NCBI GenBank assembly: GCA_964199315.1
Contig: OZ116705.1
Coordinates: 12,524,001 to 12,588,000, forward strand
Length of the DNA stretch: 64,000 nt
Origin: Orbicella franksi
Taxonomy: Eukaryota
Reading direction: 5' to 3'
Shown here: in pieces, positions 47,409 through 58,949 of the stretch
How positions within the stretch are numbered: the first letter of the stretch is position 1
Layout of the letters: every line of letters starts with the position of its first letter
Notes under the pieces: generated by a model
What the model was told of the DNA's origin: nothing
The model's input: only the letters and a program-made list of their open reading frames with translations
The model's database searches: none
Position numbers and translations under genes: made by a program

Positions 47409-50400
47409 ATGGCAGCTGCTGTACCGTCGCCCCTAGCTAGCAGCGTAGAGAAGACAAATGGAGCCAAGCTGAGCAGACTTCTGATAGATGGCGGAACAAC
47501 GGTTCTGAGGAACGCTTTTGATAACTACCATCCTCCTGCAAATCTGGCTGCTGATCTTAACGTGCAATATAAAACCCTGCTAAGCCTCCTGCGTCGACGA
47601 ATCCTCAATAAATGTCAATGGGAAAAACTGTTCCCTTCTAGTGGAGCAAAGCCAGACTCCAACTCTTTCGACATCACTCTTCTATTCTTGCTTTTGACCA
47701 CCATTTGTGGACTATCCCCTCCTCTTTCAGGTTGGCACACTAAGCCACCTCCAAGTGAAACCTCATTTGAAGCAAATCTTGCTCGCATTAAGTTTTTCCG
47801 CAATGAATTGTATGGTCATGTGTCTTCCACTGGTGTTGATACTCCAATGTTCAAGGCCCTGTGGCAGGAACTTAGTGCTGTTCTTGTTGCTCTTGGGCTG
47901 GGTCAGGCGGAAATTGATAGATTACAGGCAGAGTGCTTTGGAGAGGACGATTACCTTGACGCGTTAATTGACTGGGCTGCTAGTGAACAAGAAATGAAGT
48001 CAGAGCTGAAAGAGATGAAACGAGATGTTAAGAAAGTACTTCAAACGCAGCTGGAAGATCGCAAAACTCAACACGAAAGTAATTTCAGGTTGGAGCAAGT
48101 GCATGAGATAGTGAACAAGACCAATCAAGCCGTCAATGAGGCCTGTCAGACCCAAGTAGAAGTCCACAGTTCACTTCAAGATACTTTCTCAAAACTGGAT
48201 GAAATTCATCAAATCGAAAACAAAACCCATGACGCCCTAAAAGAAGTACGTCAGACCCAACTAGAAGACCACAAAACACTTCAGGATGGCGTTTCCATGT
48301 TAGAGGGAATATCCCAGACCCAAACCAAAACTCAGCAAGCCGTAGAAGACGTGCACGAAACTCTTGAGGCAGGTCTCCGAGAAGTAAAACAGGAGGTAGA
48401 GAACTTGAAGAAGAAGCGTGAGGTGGACGGAGCAGATGAATTGCTAAGAAACCTTGCTAAGTCCGAGTTCAAAGGAGACATTGAATACCATGCAAAGAGA
48501 TTCCAGGAAGGAACCCGTGAATGGGTCTTCAAAAGAGTTGACGACTGGCTAGATGACCGATCTTCCCCAAACCGAGTGATGGTAATAAGTGGAAGTGCAG
48601 GGATGGGAAAATCAGTTATCTCTGCGATCACATGCAAACGAATGCAAGAGGCTGGTAGACTTTCAGGGAGCCACTTTTGTCAGCATAACAATGTACGTTA
48701 CAGGAAACCTCAGCTAATGCTTCAGTCCTTGGCCTGTCATCTCAGTCGCGCTCTACCAGAGTACAAGAAATCTCTCGTGGAACAGCTGTCAAGAAATCTG
48801 GGCCCGGTAGACCTCAACAACATGGGCGTGGAAGACCTATTCGCGTTACTTTTCAAAGAACCACTTAACATTGTAGAAGACCCGGGAAGAAATACCCTAA
48901 TGGTGATAGATGGACTGGACGAGAGTGAGTATCAAGGACGTAATGAGCTTCTCGATGTGATTGCAAATCAGTTCTCCAGGCTTCCTCAATGGATTCGATT
49001 TTTTGTGACAACCCGATCAGAAATTAACATCGCAGACAGCCTGAAGCATTTGCAGCCCATACATCTTGATGAAAATCAGGAAGAGAACTTGAGAGACATT
49101 CGGTTTTTCTTTGAAATGCGGCTGAGTCCCAAGATTGCGGAAAAGCAAAAAGATCTTCTCTACACGAAACTGGTTGAGAAGTCTGAAGGCGTTTTTCTTT
49201 ATGCTTATTTCCTGGTAGATCACATCCAAGAGAATGTTCCACTTCTCACCCTTGAGCAGCTAGAGAGCATTTTACCGTTGGGTATTTCGTCCGTTTATCT
49301 TTCCCATTTCAAACGGTTAGAGAATGAACTTCGCAAAGAGCTGAAGATGGACGAAGACCAAGTAATGAAGTTTTTGTGTGCCTTTACCGTTTCAAGAGAA
49401 CCAATGCCAATAGCGTTTGTTTCAAGACTATTAAACCCTGGTGGAAAGTCGTTGTCTGCTCAACGAAGAATAAACAGAGCAATCGCCTGCATCTCTTCCC
49501 TTTTACCGATTCGCAATGATTGTCTTCACTTTTTCCACAAATCGATCAAAGACTGGTTGACGAACACCTTGTGCTATGGACGACATGATTTCATCGTGGA
49601 CGAGAAGGAAGGCCACGAGATTCTCTTCGAACTTTGCAGGAATGAGCTTGACAATATCAAGCGAAAGGCTGTACATGATTCCACCTTCAGTGACACTGAA
49701 AGGTACGCCTTGCAACATGGTGTCCAGCACATGATTGAGCTGATCGGATTGGGTGAAAGTCCAAGACCTTGTAATGTAGAAGAGCTGATTAATGCGTATG
49801 TGACCGATTTGGAGCTCATTTATGCCAAACTTTGTGTGAACAACACGGCTTCCTCTGAGGATATTTCCAGTGTTCAAAAGTACATTAAGCCAACCTTGCT
49901 CAGTGAGCCAAGTCAGTCTCTTTTAATTTCTTTGATAAAAGTGCTTAGAAAACACTCTTATTTGTTAAGAGAACATCCCCTACTTTGGTTCCAAAGTGTG
50001 ATCAATGACGGACCTCCTGAGCTATCATCTGAAGCCGCAACCATCCTCGAAAACAGGCTTCCCACTGTGCCGTACTTTAAATACTTAAACAAGAAAGAAG
50101 AAAATGGAGCAGTTCAAGCCCGATTTTACTGTTCAGACACGGTGGCGTGTTTTGATGTTTCACCTCAAATGGACTACGTGGTGTGCGAATGCCGCGATGG
50201 AACAATCCACTTGTGGTCTCTCGAGACTGGTAACTTGGAATGGAGCCGACCTTCGTTAATTGATAGAGAGTTTCAATATGTGCATCCTAAAGGTGATGTA
50301 GTTCGTGATGGAGGCGCGTATCGTAGAATAAATTCTAGAATTCTGACATTTTACCGTTCTGTGGTTTTTCATCCAAGTGGTATGTCTGTTCTACCGGGGA

Positions 50401-53400
50401 CCCTCAGAAGTGCTTATAGTCTCGAAGGAGACTGCAATTCCCTTTATCCTGATAGTAACTGCACATTTTCACATTGTGCTTTTCCTACAGACAAAAAAAC
50501 CATTTTGACAGACCGTTTTGATGATCCAAAGGAAGTTGTTTTGTGGAGTATGGAAACTGGCCAAGAGCTAAGGCGCATAGCTTGGAGTGACGTTATTACA
50601 TCTTTTGCTATTTCCCAAGATGGTTTACAAATTGCTTTTGCTGACGTGACTGGTTCCATCTACCTTGATGTGGCTGAAGGACAAAGACAACATTTGTTGA
50701 AGTGCGACGTGGCATGTGGTATGATGCACTTCACACAAGACAACAAGGCCCTTGTCTGTGGTTACCTCTCTTATAGGATAGAAGACGGCATCGGATATGG
50801 ACAGTTTGGTTGGGTGTCTTACCGCAATCCGGTGTTGATCCTTCGTCGACTCAAAACTACCTTTCCACCTCCACGTGGAGTAGACTTCGTCTTGTGGCCC
50901 ATTGAACAAAAGATCCAGGCTGGGGAATATGTTTTCGATGACGGTTTACTCTTGGGCAGGGTAAAAAACGTGCACAGTGTTTTTCCATCGTTAGAAACAG
51001 GATTCTACAAATGGCTTGATAATGGAACAGCATTGGTTGGTAGCCCATCGTTCAAGTACGTCGCGGCAATTCATGTTGGCTCGCTAAGTAAAGTGAATTA
51101 TGCTTTCGCCAGACAAGTGGTCGAAAAAGTTGTATTTTCTTCTGAAGGAGATGTCATTTATTCCATTACCTCAAAAGATGAAGGTAGTGCCAGTGCGGTT
51201 CTAGTGACCGTATTCCGAATGTCAAGTCGAGAAATCTTGGTGGAAAAGTCTTTCACTTGCCCATCACTGTCGCTTGTCCCCGTGAAGGAAGGTGTTGTAC
51301 TATGTTTGAAGCATAAAGTACCCGAGCTTTGGAATTTTGAGCTGACCGAGTGTATCCGACAAATTCCCAAACTAAAGGGAACTGAAAAGCTTATTCGTTT
51401 ATCAGATGAGCTGATAGCCTGTGAATGGTACCGTCGTATAATAACACCTGAAGAATTATCAGATTTTGGTTATCCATCAGAGATAGAGGATTCCCTGGAA
51501 CTACGTGCGGAAGATGACTCAATTGAAGAAAACGAAGCTCTACATCTCGCTAACTTCACCGATGAAGAAACTTCAGACGATTCATCAACGACAGACTCTT
51601 CTGCAGAATTCAGAGATTTTGTGATTAAAACATTTAATCGTTTATTCCTTGCGCTTTTTGTGGACATCGTCAACGTTACCAGTGGAGAGTGTGTTTCATC
51701 TATAAAGGCAAGGGTTTGCCCCAACGACGATGCATTTGTTTCATGCAATAGTCAGAACCAGCTGCTAGTTTGCAACTGCGAGGAATTAGACGATGACTTT
51801 TTTGAGGGGGAACAGTTAACCCTTAGTTTAAGAAACAACAACTCCTCTTCCTGTGTATGGAAAAGAAAAGACGAGCGGTACGACACTCGTTCTTTTACGC
51901 CATATTTCATGTTCTCCCCTGATGGAGAATTTGTAGTGACGTGGGCTTCCTTCAGTTCAGGCTATGGAGTGCACATTCTTGATGCAAAAACTGGAGAAAC
52001 ACAACGCACCTTGCTCAAAGACCAAGATGACATTGTTGATTGTAAGTTCGTTGTTAATTGCGAGTCTCTGGTTTGCTGCAGTAAGGACAACTTCCTTCGA
52101 TTGTTTAACATCAGGTCTGGTGATCAACTCAGCGTGCTAGACATTGAGGAGCAACCCTGCTGTTTAGGAGCCTGTTTGGACAAGCCTCTTGTCGCCATTG
52201 GCTTATGGGGCGCCAGATTGAAATTCGTGCATGTCGAGTTGCCAGGTGTCCAGGACTCTGAAGGGAAGAAAGGTGAGAAATCATGGCTTCATGATACTGT
52301 TCTGAGTGATTTCTTTTGGCCAGTTCTATCATGTATGGCTGATAAATAGGTAGTTAGCCTGCGTCGCAGACAGTCTAAACCAGTAGTATAGTCCGTCTGG
52401 GCAAAGGTTCCCGGGAGCTTGTTCCGATGTCCCGCAGTTTTGCAGGGATATGTGTATCCATTTCTGATTGGCTAGTTGCCTACGCGTGGTTAAAGTCTTG
52501 CAAAATCGATTGCTCAACTCGCGCAATGCCAAAAATGAATTTGTGTTTAGTTTTCAGGAGTAGGCAATAAGCACATTTGTACGGTATTAACACATCAAAA
52601 CTACCTTGAGTTGGAAGTAAGATGTCTGCCGTTACAGAAGAAAGTTGACAAAAAGCATTCAAAGCCGTGAAAGAGAAGTTTGAAACTGATTATCTTGTAC
52701 CTGAACAGAAAAACACTCTTCGCGAATTTCTTTGAGGTTAAAATATCTTTGTAAATTTGGCGACAGGCTACGGTACATCTTTGATTTTCCAGTGCCTCCG
52801 GATCGCTGCAGATTCTCTGTTCGAGAAGCCTCGTGGCTACAATGTTCTCATTGTTATATCGCCATTACGATTACTTATGGAAGACCAGATTCGTCATCTT
52901 GAAGATCTGGGAGTGCCAGCGATCGCATTTCGGTGTGAAAATTAATGGGGTTGACGGGCCTACAAAACTTCTAAGATTCGTGGCATTTGTGCATTTGCCG
53001 TTCTCTTTTAATTTTCGCTCTCTCGACCTCTCTTTGTTTCATACGTGTTTCCGAAGGGCACATCATACTCTGTTATTAGGATTAATGTTCTGTACCGGTA
53101 GAGTCGTTTGATTTTGCTTTAGCAAATTTTATAGAGGTCATAGGTCTTCATGGTTACCGCTCATATCTGCATGTTGCTTCGCAGAGTCTGACCATTCAGT
53201 AATTTGCATTGAGCTTATATTATGTTTAGGCTCATTTCTACTCTAAGATAAATTTGAAGGTTTCGAAGTATTGGTTTTCGAGGGGAAAAGGTTTCAACAA
53301 CTATTCTGCTTAATTCATGTATTTGACTGAAGTTACCATCTGTTTTATATCAATTGCAAGGCTAACATTATCAAGTAAACCCAAAACCCCAACATGTATA

Positions 53401-53817
53401 CATACATGACTAAAGAACTTCCTAATGATTGCCAAGAACACCTCGGAAGACTGCTAGTTTGATTTAAACTTAGAATCCAGGCGATCCCTGTTGAAAACTC
53501 TCTGAGGACAGGTGACAAGAAAAACGTAGGTCTTACCTTCTGATTTCAGTCTGTTCTTTAATCCTGATAAATTTTGTCCTGGTGTTTCAGCTCTACTCCC
53601 GTCATTATATCAAAGTTTATTTTTACCGCACTCTTTCGAAAAGAAATTCGATAACGTGTCTAGAAGAACCTCAGTCCCGAATATGTATGTATTATTATGG
53701 GCACTCAAAGCCTTGGTCTGCAATTTTCAAACGTTTAGCTGCAGCTTGGGTTCTACTCGCAGTCACTACATGTACATGTTTCTGTCTTTTGCAGGTTCCC
53801 TTACCAAACAGAAGTGA
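47409..53817 (+). CDS. HEPN (DZIP3/hRUL138-like)-coiled-coil-NACHT-WD40 STAND protein, copy B, ~1628 aa
   Basis: Coding exons 47409-52272 and 53795-53817. N-terminal RLLIDGG...FDITLLFLLL..ICGL...GW domain with RNELYGH (47799-47819). Three 35-aa coiled-coil repeats. Walker A GSAGMGKS (48591), Walker B MVIDGLDE (48900). C-terminal WD-like repeats (IHLWSLETG, VVLWSMETG, LRLFNIRSG). Splice to the mini-exon is supported by conservation in copy A. Confidence 0.9.
52355..52945 (+). mobile_element. Decayed Academ-like transposon 5' end with RecQ-type helicase fragment, in the copy B intron
   Basis: Starts tagcctgcgtcgcagac. Frame from 52622 has three stops and reads NIFVNLATGYGTSLIFQ...VLIVISPLRLLMEDQ (RecQ motifs I and Ia, Walker K replaced by T). 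Confidence 0.75.
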
Positions 53818-54469
53818 ACTGGATCTGATGCATCCTGTACTTGTTACAGTCAGTTGCTGGAACGAGATTACAAAGCAGCAGAGTGATTTCCGGAACTCAT
53901 GGTGTGTTTCAGTGATGCCAGTTGAGTCCGAGACTATGAAACATGTAGAACATGTTCCTGTACATTTTAGATGGAATTTTTCAAGGAACTTTGTAAAATA
54001 ATTAACTACTTCGTATAATGTTTTTTTTTTGGAATATCTAAGGAGCAAAGCTATGTTAGGACGATGTAGTACGGTTCAATGGGCCATAGTCTTAAGAACT
54101 TACATGTAACGAAAAAACTTGTTGTCTAAGTCATATCTGATACCCGAAGACGTGGAAATGAATTTTCTATTTTTGTACAAGTCTAATGATTTTCAGCTCA
54201 ATTAAAACGAACGCATTTGCTAGTAACAGTATCTGAATTGGTTTTAAATGTATACGCACAAGGACTGGGATCATAAGAGCCAACCGTATCATCTCAATCC
54301 TATGAAGTGTTCTCATTAGATTACATAGCGTGATAATATCAGGGTACCGAATAGTGGTACGTTTTGATTTTGACCTCGGGAGTTAGTCTTATTTAAACCA
54401 GGAGAATAAACGAATATCGGATACAGGATTATTTGTTGGCATTATTATTTTCAATAGCATAGAATTACA

Positions 54470-54770
54470 TTAATTACTATGGGTAATCAAATGGTGACGA
54501 GTGAGATATGGAAATAATTTCACGTACGTTTTGTCAAAATTTTTACAAAGGCTTAGCGAAATTGTTAGAATTTTGACAAAACGCAGGTGAAATTATTTTC
54601 ATATTTCGCTAGTATACCATTTGATTAACTCTTAATATCGTAGGTGACGAATTACAATTACAATCGTGGGTTTTTTACTTTTCCATTGTATCGAGATATT
54701 TCGCGCCAAACGTTGCCATGGCGATTTTGGAGTTTCACATGTGAAATATAAACCCATGATATTATACATT
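54470..54770. repeat. Palindrome-bearing repeat (copy v, degenerate tip)
   Basis: Imperfect ~58-bp arms 54484-54541 / 54569-54627. Confidence 0.7.
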
Positions 54771-55189
54771 AAAATCAGTCGAATTTACTTAGGGAATCAC
54801 TAAAGTGCTGAAACGTAGCCGCTAAACTTCGTTTGGAGCTGGGCCAATCTTAAGTTGGTCACGTGAATTAAAACGTTGGTCACGTGGGCACCATATATTC
54901 CTTGGTAGAGCCAACCAAACCTAATGCTTTATGACTTTTCCATGCTTTCCGCTCAAAACAGCGTGAAACCCTCAAATTAAATTAAAAACCTGCCGTTCTT
55001 AGCGGTTCAATACGTCTCATGAGTTTTTGACCCTGTCGAGGACAGTGCTCTCATTTTTTATAGAAATTCTGGGACAACCGGCTCCAAACTTTAACCTTCT
55101 GGTATTTTCTGTCGGTGTTAATAATCAAAATGCTTCGAATTCACATACCACTGAAGCTGAAGTAACTGTGACTATATTTTCAAAGAGGT

Positions 55190-55480
55190 ACTGGTAACGA
55201 ATCCTGCAATCCAAATGGTTTTAAGCGTAGTCCGGATTTTCCAATCTCTGCCCATGGTCACGGTAACGCGCCCGCGATGAGTGGGTGGAAAAGTTCCGCA
55301 GTTACTAAAGCGATTCCAGGGAGCGGAAGAAAAGTTATTTACCGGCCTGGGGTGGATCCGTATATTGAAAAACTGGGACCTCGGACTTGCAGATGCTGGG
55401 CCTGCGGCCTCGGGCAGCATTAACAAGACCTGGGTGACAGTTTTTCACTTTTAGGACCTCCCAGCCGGCAAACAACATAC
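55190..55480. repeat. Palindrome-bearing repeat (copy vi)
   Basis: taacgaatcctgcaat end is homologous to the reverse complement of 5225-5283. Hairpin ~55366-55447 whose minus-strand tip is ga-ggcc-GCA-ggcc. Confidence 0.7.
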
Positions 55481-55662
55481 ATCTCATGTGAGAGAAATAA
55501 GTTTGTTTTCCAACGAGAGTGTTTTTTCCCCGTCAATTAACATTTATTTTACAGTAGAATTTATATTTCCGGCTACTGTGTCACGCTTCTGTAAAGATTA
55601 AAATATCCCATGGATAGCGGACTCAAAATAATGTAACAGTCTGACGCTCCAGAAACAGCCTG

Positions 55663-55902
55663 GGCCGGGTTGTTCGAAAGCCGGTTAACGCTAACCCAGG
55701 ATTAAAAGTTAACTGAAGTATTAATTTTTCTTGCATAAAAATGTTTGTTATTGCTCACGTTTTGTGTAGTTTGAGTTTAGTCAAGCACAAACCTGAAGGA
55801 CAAACATTATAAACAAAAAACGTCACCGAAAAATTACAAAACTGAAATCAAAAATTTTTGCTAATCCTGAGTTTGCTTAATCGGGCTTTGAACAACCCGG
55901 CC
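55663..55902. mobile_element. PIF/Harbinger-like MITE
   Basis: TIRs ggccgggttgttcgaaagcc / ggctttgaacaacccggcc flanked by ctg / cag (CWG type). Confidence 0.85.
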
Positions 55903-56439
55903 CAGGACGTCGAACTCTTTTTAAGTACTATCCCGTCAATATGACAGAGACTTTACCCAACTGACAGAATTTTGTACTTAAGCCAAATCAAAAATCCTCT
56001 TAGCCATAGAGCTGAACAAATCGGATCGAAACCAGAAATTGTCGTGTGTGATTGCGTTTGATCCTTAATACTGCCAGAAATTGAAGTCGTTTCCCTAATC
56101 TCTTAAGTAACAGAATATAATCTTTTGATTAGATTATTTTAGAGCAGTTCTCAATTGGCCTCTTTGCAAAGGTTGGTCACGTGACCGATGTCTAAATTTG
56201 TAGCTACAGCTAAATGAATTTCAGAACTAGAAAGAGCATATTTTAAGTAGGCAGAACACCAATGTCCAGACTAACGACGTGTAAGGTTGACACTAAATGA
56301 TGATTTGAATATTGCAAAACTTGTATTAGAGATGTTTTTGGGATTTTTAAGTAATATTAAGGGTTCATAAGTAGTTATATTTTCTTAAACGTTGTAATGC
56401 GCAGCTGTAAATGTTATATAGATATCTGCGCAAAATAAG

Positions 56440-56444
<5 letters not shown>

Positions 56445-56486
<42 letters not shown>
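56445..56486. repeat. (ATT)n microsatellite
   Basis: About 14 att units. Confidence 0.9.
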
Positions 56487-56889
56487 CATGGAAGCGAGGA
56501 AGTTTTGCTCTCCAGAAATCTTTTCCTTTATGTTATTACTCACTACAAAGGGAAACTGCTGGCATATAAATATTGGACATTCAAAGATGGATAAAGTATT
56601 AGGAAGAATGGAAAATTCTAGGCTCTTAAAACCAAAGCAAAAGATTTTATGGCAGCTTGAAAACAATTGCAAAGTTACAAGGATTTGTTTTGCAAAACAC
56701 TGGAGCGTGACTGGAGTTTAAAGGGTCTTCTTCTAATTTTTAACGTCCATAAATGTTCCCTTTTGAAGGATATATCAACCTCAGTGAAGCCATTTCTGAT
56801 AACATCATGCATTATAGATGGCTAAAAGTTAGTGTAATCTTGAAAAGCAAATCACGTGACCAACTGCTGACCAACTGAGTGCCGTATAT

Positions 56890-57080
56890 CGAAAGTAATC
56901 ACTCTGGCCCGTCACGTGCACAATGGACACATACAATACAATGTATTAAATACATGCAGCCGACGGGAAGCGCGGGAAAACGTGTTCGAGCGAGTAACGA
57001 TTGCTTTTGGTTTTACTTCTAATTGGCTGAAAAAGTGGCGTGAGTTTTTTAAGCCAATCATGTAGCGTAGTAATGCAAAA
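56890..57080 (+). repeat. Interspersed repeat with a second copy in opposite orientation at ~63085-63320
   Basis: aaagtaatcactctggcc...gcgcgggaaaacgtg...ttttggttttacttct...ttttttaagccaatc matches the reverse complement of 63085-63320. Confidence 0.7.
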
Positions 57081-57717
57081 CCAATTGGCCTTTTTTGCCT
57101 CTGTGTCAAAACGAGTCTCTGTGTGAAATCGTTGTTCTGAAAATACAGTTCATCCTTAAGTCCATTTTTATGCAAATCAAACTCATTAAATCTGCCGCTA
57201 GATGATGTGCCACCATCCATCTGCCAACTTACAGATGGCTTTTCAGTTTTGGTCTTCTTGTCTGAGATGGGCTTCTTTAAAATGAACATGATTTGCAGTT
57301 TGTCCCATTTATTATATTTCCATTTTTTATTCTTTTCTTTCTTCTCCCAGGTACGTTCAGTTTCGGCGTGAAATAGAATAGCGTGACAGACTCTTTTGAA
57401 AACTCGATGGAGTTTTGTTTTAAGTCGAACAAGCGACAGAAAACGTGTACATGTAGTCAGAAACGAAACACTGTAGTTGACATAATTTTGACTACGACAT
57501 CTGAACTAAACTACAAAGTCCGGACTTGGAATCGGCATCGGTCTTAAATGAAGTATTTTTCATTTTAATTTCAGTTTTTATCCACGTGGTTTGACAACTC
57601 CTTTCCCGATGGCACTATATAATTATCGCTTAGCAGCGAATCTAGCCACGGTACCTTGTAAAACAAACAAACAAACAAACAAACAAAAAAGCACGCGATG
57701 AAGCACCTGTACGGAAA

Positions 57718-57893
57718 TAGTCTGCGAGCAGGCTCACTTTGGGGCACAAGTGCACGCGGCGTAGCCGCGAGTGCGAAATCGAGCGGCGAAGCCGCGCTTT
57801 CTTGGCACCTCTTCACCAAACTCCTTCCCGCCGGATCGTTTTGTTCTTCGCCGCTCGCGCGCGGGACCCGAAGGTGAGCCTGCTCACAGGCTA
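57718..57893. mobile_element. MITE with TAGCCTG-type 20-bp TIRs
   Basis: tagtctgcgagcaggctcac / gtgagcctgctcacaggcta. Internal gcggc-GAA-gccgc mini-hairpin at 57783-57795. Confidence 0.85.
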
Positions 57894-58356
57894 GTATGGA
57901 ACTTAAAATCTTGACACGGATTAACTTCTGGTCTGAGATAAGGTAGAAAAATAGCCCTGTGGTCTGAAAGCAAATTAGAGCAGTTTTGGTTTGAGGCCGG
58001 CAAGGAGGTTTACTCATTTAATCCTATAATCTCAATAAATGAGATGAATTTCTTCTCACAGTCATATCTGGTCAATGTTAGGATTGGGTTCATTAAAGGT
58101 CCATAAGTAGGAATATGTATGTTTTTGAAGGATCGGACCTCGACTAAGAAAATAGATGTTCTCTGATATAGCGTGTTGTGGTCTGTCGCTTGTGGTCTCG
58201 CCCAATTACAAACTACCTCAGTCAACGAAAGCAGTACACACGCATCCGACAAACAGTTAACCTAAGATCAGGCGTTCTTTTGTCGGCGAACGGGGAAGGG
58301 GAACTCGGGACCACATCTAACATTTACTGCTTTGCGGTGAGTAAAAGTTGAAGGCT

Positions 58357-58949
58357 ATAGCTGGTTTTCACATGACGTCACCAAGATTCGAACTACAAAA
58401 CTATTGATCTTCCTGAGATTTTACTGAAATGATTTGTAAGAGCAGCTGAAAACTAATATTCATAGAAATTTTCGCTCCCAAAGGGTTCTTGGTTTTGTGA
58501 TACACTCCGCTTGAATTTCTAAGCTTTTGCGTGACGCGGCATTTACATGACGGCCTAGAGAGCTGTCATGATGGTTAAAAAAGTGACTTATTTCGGGGGA
58601 ACTTGGCTATCTGGAACAGTTCATGTCTTAGAAAAAGTATTATTTTAATGTTTTAGAGTTCCTCCAGGGATAAATTCACACTTTTGTAGCAAAACTCAGT
58701 CACAGATGTTTCATGTTGGTGCCCATACGGATAGGCACCAGCACGGCGTCTCCATACAAATCGCTATAAATTTGGGTAAAAAATTTCTCCGCACATCTCG
58801 CATAAGAAAAATTGCTGTGACCAGAATTTTGGCGGGAGTCTTTGCATATTTACCTTTTTTCATTTCCCAGATTCTGGAGTTTATCAATTGACCGGTTTTG
58901 ATTTTTATTTTGATCTATTTTGAATTGCGTGACACTGAAAACCAGCAAT
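58357..58949. mobile_element. Non-autonomous DNA transposon, possibly ISL2EU/Harbinger-related
   Basis: atagctggttttca... / ...tgaaaaccagcaat. Terminal AT may be a 2-bp target duplication. Confidence 0.65.

Noticed and set aside
47615-51748. Many short antisense and alternate-frame ORFs inside the NLR exon
   Set aside because: Expected shadows of a long coding exon, with no independent features.
47409-52272. Bacterial contamination or recent horizontal transfer as the source of the 4.9-kb uninterrupted exon
   Set aside because: It has a spliceosomal intron conserved in the paralog, host-type repeats inside that intron and a local tandem duplicate. Large exons are common in animal NLR genes.
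52273-52349. C-terminal 25 aa of the 1652-aa ORF, and its TTG start at 47391
   Set aside because: A donor at 52272 and a downstream mini-exon are conserved in copy A while this extension is not. 47391 lies just before an acceptor (47400), and ATG 47409 aligns with the copy A start.
56912-57289. 125-aa minus-strand ORF
   Set aside because: Spans two adjacent interspersed repeats.
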